NCBI GenBank assembly: GCA_964507815.1
Contig: CAZDRT010000001.1
Span: 1 to 41,602 of the forward strand
DNA from: an uncultured Puniceicoccaceae bacterium
Lineage (GTDB): Bacteria; Verrucomicrobiota; Verrucomicrobiia; Opitutales; Puniceicoccaceae
DNA length: 41,602 nt
Direction of reading: 5' to 3'
The number at the start of each line of letters is the position of its first letter. Position 1 is the first letter of the stretch. The translations under genes and the position numbers were made by a program. A model generated the notes under the pieces. That model saw only the letters and a list, made by a program, of their open reading frames with translations, made no database searches and was not told where the DNA came from. Of this stretch, positions 8,349 through 18,060 are shown in pieces.

Positions 8349-11300
8349 ATGGTAAAACCCCGCACGGTCGCCGACCTCTTCGCCGTCCTCCTTTTCGTGG
8401 GTGGCGTGGGGTGGAATCTTTTCTGGACGCCCGCTCCGAACCGGGTGGTTCTGGAGGTGGAGGAACTGAGCGCGGATATGTCCCTGCAGGTCTATTACCA
8501 ATACGACCGTATCGGGCTGCGGGATTACTTTGAGTTTCGTTCGGGGACCGAGTTCGTTCATCGGGGGGACGGGGTGCGCCGGGTGGCCTTTGATCTGCCC
8601 GGCGGGCGGGGTTTGCGCGAGTTGAGGATCGACGCCGGTCCGACGGGAACCGGGTTCACCCTGCGGGGGGTGGAGTTCGGCTATTCCTTCGCCTACCGGA
8701 CGGTGCCGCTCGGGCGGATAGCCCCCGGGGACCTCGCCGGGCGGTTGACCGCGGGGGAAGGTGTGGTTGTCGCCGCCGGGGCGGGCGGGCCGCGCCTCCG
8801 GGCGGGCCCGGAGAGTGCGGCGGGGTGGTTTTTGCCGGTGGAACGGATCGAACCGTGGTCGGTCCCGCCGGATGTTCTTTGGCGCCTGCGGTTGCAGCGC
8901 ATGGCGGTCGCCGCCGTTGCGGCCGGGCTGATCTTTTTCGCGGGAAGGTGGATCACCGGAGGGGCCGGAGTTCGGTCGCTGCGGGGCGACGGACCCCCCG
9001 GGGCTTTAAGACCGCCCGAAGACCGCGTAAACGCGGAACTCCAACCGGGGAACGCGGACCAGCGATGCCCGAACGATGGCTCCCCGGGATCGCGGAGCGG
9101 CGGGGCCTTTCGCTTGTCCGTGGGTGGACTTTTCGGCCCCTGCGGAATCCGGGGGCTTCCGCTCTTCGCGCTCTGGGTGGCGGTGCTCGGTTTTCTGGTT
9201 TACGAGCCGTTTCTCCTCTTTGAGAAGCTCTTTCTGTTCCGGGATGTCGCCTCCGACTCCGTGGACGCGTTCTGGCCGATGTTTTCCCATCTCGGAGAGT
9301 TGTGGCGGGAGAGCGGCGTCCCGTTCTGGTCCTTTGCCTACGGCCTCGGCGCGCCCGTCTTCGGGTGGGTGGGCGATCCGTTTCTCTTCGCCCTCTGGGC
9401 CTTGCCGCCCGATGTTCTTCCGTTCGGGCTCGGCTGGATCCAGTTTCTCAAAGTGCTCGGGGCGGGCTGCTTTTTCTTTCTCTGGCTGCGGACCGCCGGT
9501 CTGCTTCCGACCGCCGCCGCCGTGGCCGCGACCGGTCTGGCCTTCTCGGCCCAGATGATGATCCGGGGGGCGTGGTTCCACTACGCCACGGAGGTGTTTC
9601 TCGTCGCTTTCGCGCTCTGGGCCGTCGAATCGCGGGTCAGCAAGGGGCGCACGCTTCCCTTTGTCTGTGCCGTCGCCCTGTTTTGCGTGCGGGGACCGTA
9701 TGGGCTGGCCCTGTGGTCGAGCCTGTTTTGCGGCTACTTCCTGCTCCGTCTTTGGATGCGCCGAGAGATCGGGTTTCGGCCGGTTCTCGGGATGGTGCCC
9801 TTCTTTCTGCTCGGGTTCGGCCTGGGGGCCGTTTTTCTCCTGCCGAACGCGGCCACGATTTTTCTCAGCCCGCGGGTGAGCGGACCGGAGGCGCAGGCGA
9901 CCGGGTTGCTCTCCCGGCCTTTCTTCGATCTCAATCCGCCGCAGGAATGGCTCTCCTCTCTCGCCGGGCTCTTCGCCCCGGATATTCTCGGCAAGGGCAA
10001 TTCCTACTCGGGCTGGCGCAACTATCTTGAAGGTCCCCACCTTTACGGGGGGTTGCTGGTGGTGCTCCTCGTGCCGCAGGCCTTCTTCGGACGAAGCAGG
10101 CGGACGCGCTGGCTGCTTGCGCTGGCGCTCTGCGCGGTCGGCTTGTACCTGCTCGTCCCCCAGGCGCGCTTCTTTTTGAACGCGTATGCGGCGTCGTACT
10201 ACAAGATGAGTTCCTTCTGGGTGACGGTCGTTCTGGCCGGCGCGGCCGGTCTGGCCCTCGACCGGATTCTTCGCCGGGGAATTCTCGGAGGGAAGACATT
10301 GCTGGTTACTCTGCTCGCCGGTGTCGCTTTTCTGCTGTGGATCCGTTTCGGCGGGTGGCCGGGGCGGTTTGTGCGGATCGCCGAGAGCCGGCTGGTCTTT
10401 CAGCAGGTGCTGGTCCTGCTGCCGCTCTACGCGGGGGCTTTGTGGATGATCGCCGTGCCCGCGGGGTCCCGGATCGGCGGGAGGTCATTGGCTCCCGGCG
10501 GGACGGGCGCGCGGCTGATCGGGCGGGCCGGTCTTGTTTGCCTTTTCGGGCTCTTGGCCTGGGAGGTGGTGGTTTTCGGTGGGGGCGTCCAGCGGGATCG
10601 CCTGGCTCTGCGGGCCGATACCATCGCGACGGGCGGGCTCTACGCCGACGATGCCGCCGGGGCGGCGGCGATGATCGCCGCCGCCGACTCGGGTTTTCAC
10701 CGGGTCGCCCGGGAGTCAATGTCGGTCCAGCTCAACGACGCCCTGCTCCAGGGGTATTTCGGACTGCGTTCCTACCATTCGTTTCATCCCGGCAGTGTCC
10801 TTCGGTTTCTGGGGCACCACGCCTTCGACCCCCCCTACCAATACAGGCGCACGGGCAATTCCTACATCAACGGGCTGGGCGACCGTTATGCCCTGGAGAC
10901 TCTTCTCTCCGTTGGCTACGCGTTGGCTCCTCTCGACCCGAACCCGCCGGCACCGGGATACGAGCGGTGGGGCCGGGCCGGGGATGTGGCGATCTGGCGC
11001 AATCGGTTTTTCGTTCCTCTGGGAAGCGTCTATCGCGCGGTGGTTTCCGAAGAGCAGATGTCCGGCGTCGCCCCCGAAGCCCGCGATCTGATCGCCCTGA
11101 CGGCTGCGATTGTGCCCGGGTCGGAGTTGCGGCGGACGGGTTTGCCGGTACTCGCCGACGAGGCGATTCGCGAACGAACCGAAGCGGTCTCCTCTCCCGA
11201 GGAGTTTTTCCGGTTCTATCAACGCGACGCGGAGCGGCTCGCCGGAAATCACCTGCGGATCGAAAGTTTCGCCCAGGACCGTATCCGGGGGAGGATCAAG

Positions 11301-11561
11301 CTGAAGGAACCGGGAATGCTGTTTTTTTCCATTCCGGCGGAGGAGGGCTGGCGATTTCGGGTGAACGGGGAGGAAAGGAAAGGGCTGCTCGTACACTACG
11401 GCTTTCAGGGCCTGCCCCTCCCGGCGGGAAGCCATGGGGTGGAGGTATTCTATCGCCCTCCGCTGTTGAACGTCGGGATGGCGATCACCCTGGTGTCTCT
11501 GGCGGGGGTGATTTTGCTCGGATGCCGGGTATTGCGGAAATCCGTTGTTTGCGTTAGGTAA
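8349..11561 (+). CDS. YfhO-like (GT-C-type) polytopic membrane protein with an extra N-terminal module
   Basis: PFWSFAYGLG motif, many TM segments, ND..L.GY.G..SY.S, and a C-terminus with LFFSIP...GW...VNG and PAGSH.V...Y.PP plus a terminal TM helix. Confidence 0.8.
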   Translation: MVKPRTVADLFAVLLFVGGVGWNLFWTPAPNRVVLEVEELSADMSLQVYYQYDRIGLRDYFEFRSGTEFVHRGDGVRRVAFDLPGGRGLRELRIDAGPTGTGFTLRGVEFGYSFAYRTVPLGRIAPGDLAGRLTAGEGVVVAAGAGGPRLRAGPESAAGWFLPVERIEPWSVPPDVLWRLRLQRMAVAAVAAGLIFFAGRWITGGAGVRSLRGDGPPGALRPPEDRVNAELQPGNADQRCPNDGSPGSRSGGAFRLSVGGLFGPCGIRGLPLFALWVAVLGFLVYEPFLLFEKLFLFRDVASDSVDAFWPMFSHLGELWRESGVPFWSFAYGLGAPVFGWVGDPFLFALWALPPDVLPFGLGWIQFLKVLGAGCFFFLWLRTAGLLPTAAAVAATGLAFSAQMMIRGAWFHYATEVFLVAFALWAVESRVSKGRTLPFVCAVALFCVRGPYGLALWSSLFCGYFLLRLWMRREIGFRPVLGMVPFFLLGFGLGAVFLLPNAATIFLSPRVSGPEAQATGLLSRPFFDLNPPQEWLSSLAGLFAPDILGKGNSYSGWRNYLEGPHLYGGLLVVLLVPQAFFGRSRRTRWLLALALCAVGLYLLVPQARFFLNAYAASYYKMSSFWVTVVLAGAAGLALDRILRRGILGGKTLLVTLLAGVAFLLWIRFGGWPGRFVRIAESRLVFQQVLVLLPLYAGALWMIAVPAGSRIGGRSLAPGGTGARLIGRAGLVCLFGLLAWEVVVFGGGVQRDRLALRADTIATGGLYADDAAGAAAMIAAADSGFHRVARESMSVQLNDALLQGYFGLRSYHSFHPGSVLRFLGHHAFDPPYQYRRTGNSYINGLGDRYALETLLSVGYALAPLDPNPPAPGYERWGRAGDVAIWRNRFFVPLGSVYRAVVSEEQMSGVAPEARDLIALTAAIVPGSELRRTGLPVLADEAIRERTEAVSSPEEFFRFYQRDAERLAGNHLRIESFAQDRIRGRIKLKEPGMLFFSIPAEEGWRFRVNGEERKGLLVHYGFQGLPLPAGSHGVEVFYRPPLLNVGMAITLVSLAGVILLGCRVLRKSVVCVR
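9021..9045 (-). repeat. Family-B (RAYT-type) REP embedded in-frame in the YfhO-like CDS
   Basis: GACCGCGTAAACGCGGAACTCCAAC is the reverse complement (one mismatch) of GTTGGAGTCCCGCGTTTACGCGGTC at 18773-18797. Confidence 0.85.
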
Positions 11562-11572
11562 CCGGTTGAAAC

Positions 11573-13696
11573 ATGACGTACTTTTCTAAACTGGTCGCGT
11601 TGACTGGCCTCTATTTTCTCAGCGGTCAGGTCGGTTGGCTTTTCCCCGAGGCCTTTTACACGATTACTCCGCTCTGGCTTCCCGGCGGAGTGGGACTGGT
11701 TTTTCTGTACTTTTGGGGGTATCGGTACTTTCCCGCCGTTTGGATCGGCCTGTTTCTTCTGAATCTGATACACGGAATGGAAGGGCGCGAGTTCGCGGCT
11801 CTGACGGCGACCGCTTCGACCCTGGCGACGCTCACGGCCACCGTTCTTCTCCGGAACCGCGACTTCCACCCTTCGCTCAACCGGGTCAAGGATCTCTTCC
11901 CCCTCGCCTTTTCGATCATCATCCTGACTTCCCTCTCGGCACTGGGCGGTGCGCTGGCGGTATTCAATTTCACCGATTCGGACGAACTCGAATTTTTCCG
12001 CGTCTTTTTCACCTGGTGGGTGGGGGAGGGAATCGGTGCCCTGATCGTGGCCTCTCTCGGCTTCGTCTGGTCGGTGAATCCCGGCTTCAACCGGCAACGG
12101 CGGTTGGAAATGGCCACTTTGATCGTGGGAGTCATCGGCATCAGCATCCTTTGCTTCTACAACGACGGGTCGGATTGGGTGGAGCGGTTCCAGTTCTCTT
12201 TCGTCATTTTTCCCTCACTGGTCTGGGCCGCGCTCCGCTTCGGTCCCCACGGCACCACCCTCGCCACTTTGTTGGTCGGCGTGATCGCCTTGCTCGGCAC
12301 CGTCCAGGGCTACGGGGTTTTCAGTTTCGCCGACGCGGCACAAAATCTTTTCCTTTTGCAATCGTATCTCGCCGTCATCTCGCTGACCGGTCTCGTTCTC
12401 AGCTCGGCGTCGATTCAGCAGTCGGAGAATGAACTCGCTCTCCGCGAGGCCAACGAGCAACTGGAGCAATCCGTACGGTCCTTTTCGAGTACCGCGAAAG
12501 AGGCGCGGAAGGCGAACCAGAAGAAAAGTGAGTTTCTCGCATTGATGAGTCACGAACTCCGCAACCCTCTCAATGGGGTGGTCGGGTTCACCAGTCTCCT
12601 CATGAATACGGACCTGACCCGGGCGCAGCGGGATCATATCGCCATGATCCACTCCAGCGGGGAGACGCTTCTGGGCATGATCGACGAAATCCTCGATTTC
12701 AACCGGATCGATTCCGCCCGCCCCGACCTCGACGAGACGCCTTTCTCCCTGCGGCGCTTGATCGGCGATGTGGCGGATATCTTCCGGCTCCAGTCGGATC
12801 GGAAGGGAGTCGCCCTCTCGGTCGATTATCCGGACGATGTCGGCGACTTTTTCTCGGGCGATCACCAGCGGATTCGGCAGGTGCTGAACAATTTGGTCGG
12901 AAACGCCGTGAAGTTCACCGAACGCGGATCGGTGGTGATCCGGGTCGCCGAAGAGCCGTGGACGGATCCGAAGGAGGAGGGACGGATCGGGGTGCGCATG
13001 GAAGTGGTTGACACGGGAATCGGGATCGAAGAAGAGGAGGTTTCCCGGCTTTTCGCACCCTTCTCCCAGGCGAATCAGAGTATCGCCGGGCGTTTCGGTG
13101 GAACGGGCCTGGGGCTCGTGATCGCCAAGAATTTGACGGATGCCCTCGGTGGCCGGTTGACTCTGGAAAGCGAACCGGGCCGCGGGACCACTTTTGTGTT
13201 CACGGTGCCCATGATGCGATCCGACGCCGGGGCCGTGGTCGCCGAGGAGACCGAGACGCACTCCCGGGAATCCCTTTCCCGGTTCAAGGAGATCCCGCCC
13301 AGGCGGATTCTCGTCGCCGAGGATAATTCGACCAACCAGCGGGTCATTCAGCAGCTGTTGGACCGCCTCGGTCACAAGGCGACCGTCGTCGGCGACGGCC
13401 GCGAAGCGATCGAAGTGCTGAAAAAGGAAACCTTCGATGTCCTCCTTCTCGACATCCGCATGCCGGGCGTTGACGGATATACCATCGCCAATGCGGTGCG
13501 GGAGGGAAGGTGCGGTCTCGAAAAGCGGACGATTCCGATAGTCGCGGTCACCGCCCACGCCATGGCGGAGGACAGGGAGAAGACGCGGAAGGCCGGTATG
13601 GACGGGCACCTGACGAAGCCCTTCGATCTTGAAAAGCTGGCCCGGGCGCTCGCCGAAGTCGATTCGACCGCCGACACGGGCGAGAATTTGGGTTGA
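11573..13696 (+). CDS. Hybrid sensor histidine kinase (MASE1-HisKA-HATPase-REC)
   Basis: N-terminal TM region with PLWLPGG, WWVGE and WAALRFG; H-box MSHELRNPLNG; NAVKFT, DTGIGI and GGTGLGL; receiver with LLDIRMP and KP. Confidence 0.93.
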   Translation: MTYFSKLVALTGLYFLSGQVGWLFPEAFYTITPLWLPGGVGLVFLYFWGYRYFPAVWIGLFLLNLIHGMEGREFAALTATASTLATLTATVLLRNRDFHPSLNRVKDLFPLAFSIIILTSLSALGGALAVFNFTDSDELEFFRVFFTWWVGEGIGALIVASLGFVWSVNPGFNRQRRLEMATLIVGVIGISILCFYNDGSDWVERFQFSFVIFPSLVWAALRFGPHGTTLATLLVGVIALLGTVQGYGVFSFADAAQNLFLLQSYLAVISLTGLVLSSASIQQSENELALREANEQLEQSVRSFSSTAKEARKANQKKSEFLALMSHELRNPLNGVVGFTSLLMNTDLTRAQRDHIAMIHSSGETLLGMIDEILDFNRIDSARPDLDETPFSLRRLIGDVADIFRLQSDRKGVALSVDYPDDVGDFFSGDHQRIRQVLNNLVGNAVKFTERGSVVIRVAEEPWTDPKEEGRIGVRMEVVDTGIGIEEEEVSRLFAPFSQANQSIAGRFGGTGLGLVIAKNLTDALGGRLTLESEPGRGTTFVFTVPMMRSDAGAVVAEETETHSRESLSRFKEIPPRRILVAEDNSTNQRVIQQLLDRLGHKATVVGDGREAIEVLKKETFDVLLLDIRMPGVDGYTIANAVREGRCGLEKRTIPIVAVTAHAMAEDREKTRKAGMDGHLTKPFDLEKLARALAEVDSTADTGENLG

Positions 13697-13736
13697 AAGA
13701 CTCGCTTCCCTTCCCAACCCTGTCGGACTTTCATCC

Positions 13737-14936
13737 ATGATCATCGAACCAAAAGTCCGAGGCTTTGTCTGTGTGACCGCCCATCCCGAAGGGTGCGTGG
13801 CCAATGTGAACGAGCAAATCGAAGTAGCCCGCACTGTCGGGAAGACCGCCCGGGGGCCGAAGCGGGTGCTCGTGATCGGTTCATCGACGGGGTACGGCTT
13901 GTCCTCCCGGATCGAGGCGGCCTTCGGGTGCGAGGCCGACACGTTCGGAGTCTTTTTTGAAAGACCCGCCTCGAACGGGCGACCGGCCTCGGCGGGGTAT
14001 TACAACGCCGTTGCTTTCGAGGCCGAGGCCGCGCGACAGGGTCTGTATGCGGGCAGCCTGAACGGAGACGCCTTTTCCGACGAGTTGAAGGAGAGGGCCA
14101 TGGCGAGGATCAAGGAGGAGATGGGGCCGGTCGATCTCGTCGTTTACAGCCTCGCCTCGCCGCGGCGGACCGACCCCGCCGACGGCCAGACCTACAAATC
14201 CGTTCTCCGGCCGATCGGAAGCCGGTTCGAGAGCAAGACGGTGGACACCGACAAGGATGTCGTCCACGAGATCGCGATCGACCCAGCGGAAGAGGGCGAC
14301 GTCGAAGCCACGATCAAGGTCATGGGGGGGGAGGACTGGGAGCGGTGGATCGACGCCCTGGCCGGGCACGGTCTTCTGGCCGACGGTTTCCGGTCGGTCG
14401 CCTATTCCTATGTGGGTCCCGAACTGACCTGGCCCATTTACAAGAACGGGACGATCGGAAAGGCCAAGGAGGATCTCGACCGGGCGGCGGCCGGGATCGC
14501 CTCCCGCTATTCCGACCGGGGCGGGGCCGCCTATGTGGCGGTGAACAAGGCCGTGGTCACCCAGGCCAGTTCCGCGATCCCCGTCGTGCCCCTCTATATT
14601 TCCATTCTTTTCAAGGTGATGAAGGAGAAAGGGATCCACGAGGGGTGCATCGAGCAGATCGCCCGGCTGTTCCGCGACCGGCTGTACGCCGGTGGTCCGG
14701 TGGAACTCGGGCCGGACGGACGGATCCACGTGGACGATCTCGAGATGCGGGCCGACGTCCAGTCGGCCGTCGCCGAAGTCTGGCCCCGGATCGGAACGGA
14801 GAACCTGCGGGAACTTTCCGACTACGCGGGATACCAAGCCGATTTCCTGAAATTGTTCGGGTTCGGAATCGGGGGGATCGACTACGCCCGCGATATCGAT
14901 CCGGACACCGCCCTCCCCGGCGGGGCGGATTGGTAG
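13737..14936 (+). CDS. fabV: Enoyl-ACP reductase FabV / trans-2-enoyl-CoA reductase
   Basis: MIIEPKVRGFVCVTAHPEGC, IGSSTGYGL, NGDAFS, YSLASPRR, VMGGEDW and VTQASSAIP. Confidence 0.96.
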   Translation: MIIEPKVRGFVCVTAHPEGCVANVNEQIEVARTVGKTARGPKRVLVIGSSTGYGLSSRIEAAFGCEADTFGVFFERPASNGRPASAGYYNAVAFEAEAARQGLYAGSLNGDAFSDELKERAMARIKEEMGPVDLVVYSLASPRRTDPADGQTYKSVLRPIGSRFESKTVDTDKDVVHEIAIDPAEEGDVEATIKVMGGEDWERWIDALAGHGLLADGFRSVAYSYVGPELTWPIYKNGTIGKAKEDLDRAAAGIASRYSDRGGAAYVAVNKAVVTQASSAIPVVPLYISILFKVMKEKGIHEGCIEQIARLFRDRLYAGGPVELGPDGRIHVDDLEMRADVQSAVAEVWPRIGTENLRELSDYAGYQADFLKLFGFGIGGIDYARDIDPDTALPGGADW

Positions 14937-14957
14937 GATCGGGAGAATTTTCTTCTG

Positions 14958-15390
14958 ATGGCGGACCATGCGACAAGCTCTTCGGGGCGGCGAAACGCGT
15001 TCGCGGTCCTGTTTGACTGGGACGGGGTGGTCGTCGATTCGTCGCGGCATCACCTGCTCTCTTGGCGGGCTCTGGCCGACGAAATCGGGCGCTCGATTTC
15101 CGACGAGCAGTTCCGGGAGAGCTTCGGACAGATCAACAGGGTGATTATTCCGGATCTTTTCGGGTGGTCGCAGGATTCGGAGGAGATTGACCGTCTCGGG
15201 AATGCCCCCGGCGCGGTGCGTCGTGCTCGAGGACAGCCATCACGGGCTCCGGGCCGCGGCGGCCGGCGGCATGCGCGCCGTGGGGGTGTTGACCACCCAT
15301 CCCCGGGAGAAGCTCGGAAAAGCCGATCTTTTCGTCGGGAGTCTCGCCGATCTTTCCGTTGATCGCCTCCGGAGACTCGTTGAGAGCTGA
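14958..15390 (+). pseudogene. HAD-family (beta-PGM/CbbY-like) phosphatase with internal deletion and frameshift near 15200
   Basis: Motif I FDWDGVVVDS is in one frame and the C-terminus (MPPARCVVLEDSHHGLRAA..GM..VGV) in another. The central motif II/III region is absent. Confidence 0.85.
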
Positions 15391-15661
15391 AGCCCGCCGC
15401 CCACGGGTCAAACCACAAGTGCGTGGAATAAGGAAGGGATTTTTTCCAATTGTCCGGTGGTCTCCCGGGAACGATATTTGTTCGAATCCGCAGAGAAAAT
15501 CGCACCCTAGTTTCGGTCAGGATTGTTTCTATGATTGCACTTTGGTGTAAAGATTCGCGCATTGAAGTGCTATTGTGATTCGCAGTGGAAGACACTACTC
15601 TCTCCCTTTTGGCAAAAATCTCCACCACCTCTCCGAACTCACGCTTTACGGTTTCGCGAAT

Positions 15662-16327
15662 ATGACTATACTTCGATTATACGCAGGGGGACTCCTTCTC
15701 TTCGCGGCCTCGCTCAGCGGTGGGAATCTCCAACTCCAGCCGAAGGATACCGATGCGGGCTACCTGGCGCGGCTCCTTCTCAATGAAACTCCTTTTCCCG
15801 GTGAAAAGGGTTGGGTGAGCGAAGCGGACTCCAAGGCGACCATGTCCTCGATCCTCTGGGTGCTGAATTCCCGGATCCGGTATATTCCGGCGGGCTACCG
15901 GCAAACCGAGATCGCCACGGTGAAAACCTCCAACATCTTCGATGTCATCACCGCCGGCGGGGTTCATGGTCAATGCGAAGGCTTTTACCGCGATAGCTCC
16001 GGCAAGCTGGCAGCGGTCCCCCGCGTCGAGAAACGCATCCAATACTTGTCGAAAATCGGAGACAGTGGACCTCCCGGGAAATTCGCGAGCCTGATCAACT
16101 ATGCCCAGGGGCTCGCCAACTCTTATCTGGCCCAAGACATTTCCACGCGAGACCTGTTCGTGGATCTCCAGCTCATCTCTTCGACCCCGGTAACCGGTCG
16201 CGCCTATAGCTGGATGACCGATGCCCATCACTACAGCCCCGGAGGCGATTATATTCGAATCCCCGACTCGGATCGCGGAGCCCTGGGCGGCAACCGATTC
16301 TTCACCTTGAAAAAACGCACCCAATGA
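15662..16327 (+). CDS. Secreted protein, putative SleB/Hydrolase_2-like cell-wall hydrolase
   Basis: Signal-peptide-like MTILRLYAGGLLLFAASLSG. YLARLLLNE, ILWVLNSR, IFDVIT..GQ..GF and LGGNRFF resemble SleB motifs, but the similarity is remote. Confidence 0.55.
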   Translation: MTILRLYAGGLLLFAASLSGGNLQLQPKDTDAGYLARLLLNETPFPGEKGWVSEADSKATMSSILWVLNSRIRYIPAGYRQTEIATVKTSNIFDVITAGGVHGQCEGFYRDSSGKLAAVPRVEKRIQYLSKIGDSGPPGKFASLINYAQGLANSYLAQDISTRDLFVDLQLISSTPVTGRAYSWMTDAHHYSPGGDYIRIPDSDRGALGGNRFFTLKKRTQ

Positions 16328-17142
16328 ACCGCACTCTCACTCTCCTCTTTCTGCTACCCGGATGCCTGCTCGCGGAACTACCTGATCGCGAAACTCTCTT
16401 CGAAACGGCACGCCACCTTTACCGGTGGAATATGGATGAAACCCACCTGGAGCAAATGATCCAGAACGACGAGGTTGTTTTCTTCGTGCGGGAGATTCCC
16501 CTTGAACTGGATACAGGAGACCAAAGCGAAGCCGCCGAAGTCATCATCGGTGGAACCGGATTCGGGGCCGACCTGAAGAAATCGGATTACTCCATCCCGG
16601 AGATGGGACTCAAGGTAAAGGACAGCGAATTCAAAATTTTCAGCGTCTTTCCCTCCGATGCGACACCGGGCGATGTCGATTCTTACCAGGTTTTCCGCTA
16701 CCCCTATAAGGAGGTGGTGGATTACCTTTTCCAGACTCGGAGCGATCTCGCTTTTCCGGATGACAAAATGCTGGCCCGCCTGCGCGAAACCGTGGAAGAA
16801 ATGGTTTGGGAAGCTGCCGAACACAAAGGAATCCAGCTGGGCGAGGATCCGGAGATTCTGCATTTTTCAAGCCTTTCCCCCGTCTCCGATGAGATCTGGT
16901 TTTTCTGGGAACGGGCGAACCTCTTGATCCACTACGTATCGGAGTTTGATCTGGACACGGAAGAAGCCTGGGAGCACGCGGACATGGCCACGACCCTCTA
17001 CGATCTCGAAGAGCAGGTGGTAGTCTCACTCCACGAAGTTCCGGGCAGCAATGCCTACCTCACGCGGGATATGGCGGGCCGGGCTCTCTTCAATTGTCTC
17101 GTTCTCGGAAAACGGATCGAGGTCATCCCGAGTGAAGGCTAG
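16324..17142 (+). CDS. Acidic secreted hypothetical protein
   Basis: 272-aa ORF with signal peptide MNRTLTLLFLLPGCLLA and ATGA overlap with the upstream gene. No family recognised. Confidence 0.8.
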   Translation: MNRTLTLLFLLPGCLLAELPDRETLFETARHLYRWNMDETHLEQMIQNDEVVFFVREIPLELDTGDQSEAAEVIIGGTGFGADLKKSDYSIPEMGLKVKDSEFKIFSVFPSDATPGDVDSYQVFRYPYKEVVDYLFQTRSDLAFPDDKMLARLRETVEEMVWEAAEHKGIQLGEDPEILHFSSLSPVSDEIWFFWERANLLIHYVSEFDLDTEEAWEHADMATTLYDLEEQVVVSLHEVPGSNAYLTRDMAGRALFNCLVLGKRIEVIPSEG

Positions 17143-17155
17143 ACGCGATCGAGCC

Positions 17156-17734
17156 ATGGGGGCATTTCAACCGGCGGTATGGATCGTCACCTTCATTCTG
17201 GTTTGGAGCGCCTCCAACAGCCAAGTGCTGGCGGATACCGATCTAAGGCAGGAGTTACTATCGCCAGCCGAAACCGGCACGCCGCGGCAGACCCTGGAGT
17301 CCTTCCTCGAATCGACCCAAGAAATTGAAAATGCCTACCAGGAGATGGCTGCGGGAGGTTCGCGACCGGCTGACTTTGATTGGTTGATCGCACGTGGTCT
17401 CAGCACTCTCGACCTCAGCCAAATCCCGGAGTATCTGCTTCGCCAGAAAAGCCGGGAGAGCGCCCTCATGTTGCGGGAGGTCCTCGACCGAGTGGAACTC
17501 CCTGATTTGTCAACGATTCCCGGTCCGGGCGATTCGGAGATTCCGGCCACCTACACCATTCCCGGCACGGTCATCCAAATCACCCGAATCAAAGAGGGGC
17601 CAAATCAGGGCCATTTTCTCTTCTCGTCCGAAACGGTCGGCGCCGACGTGAAAACGGCGCAAAACTACCAGTTTGGAAATCCCCGGAATTCAGGCGATAA
17701 TGTCGCTGAAGAACGAAGAACATGCCTTATTTAA
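17156..17734 (+). pseudogene. N-terminal periplasmic fragment of a large MscS-family channel, truncated near 17640
   Basis: Signal peptide, TPRQTLESFL, LDLS..P, L.EVLDR and YTIPGT.I.I.RIKEGP..G.FLFSSETV, followed by unrelated sequence. No TM or channel domain. Confidence 0.65.
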
Positions 17735-17957
17735 GGCTTTTAGGAAGAAAAGGACGGCCAAGCTCACGCCACTTTCAAATCGGTAGAATCAGACCAGTTT
17801 CAGGCTGGCCGCGACAGAAACGACCACCCTGCAAATTCTTCAGGATCTGGAAGAAGCCGACATCCAACTCATCCCCCCGGCAAGGTGGATCCAGCGCGAA
17901 GGCGACGATCAGGCCTCTGAACAAAAAAAGAGTCCGGGAACAGGTTCGTTGGAAGGG

Positions 17958-18019
17958 GTTGGAGTCCCGCATTCATGCGGTCCCTTGCGGAATCAGGGGA
18001 CTGGCTAAATCCGGGACTT
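17958..18019. repeat. Inverted REP pair (family B) downstream of the RAYT
   Basis: GTTGGAGTCCCGCATTCATGCGGTC plus a degenerate inverted partner; a near-direct repeat of 18773-18842. Confidence 0.85.
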
Positions 18020-18060
18020 GTAGGGGGCACTTCGCTTTGGAACCCGATGTCCGAACGGAA

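Noticed and set aside
17790-17950. Possible MscS C-terminal remnant (TLQILQDLEEADIQLI)
   Set aside because: The resemblance is too short and weak to call without a search.
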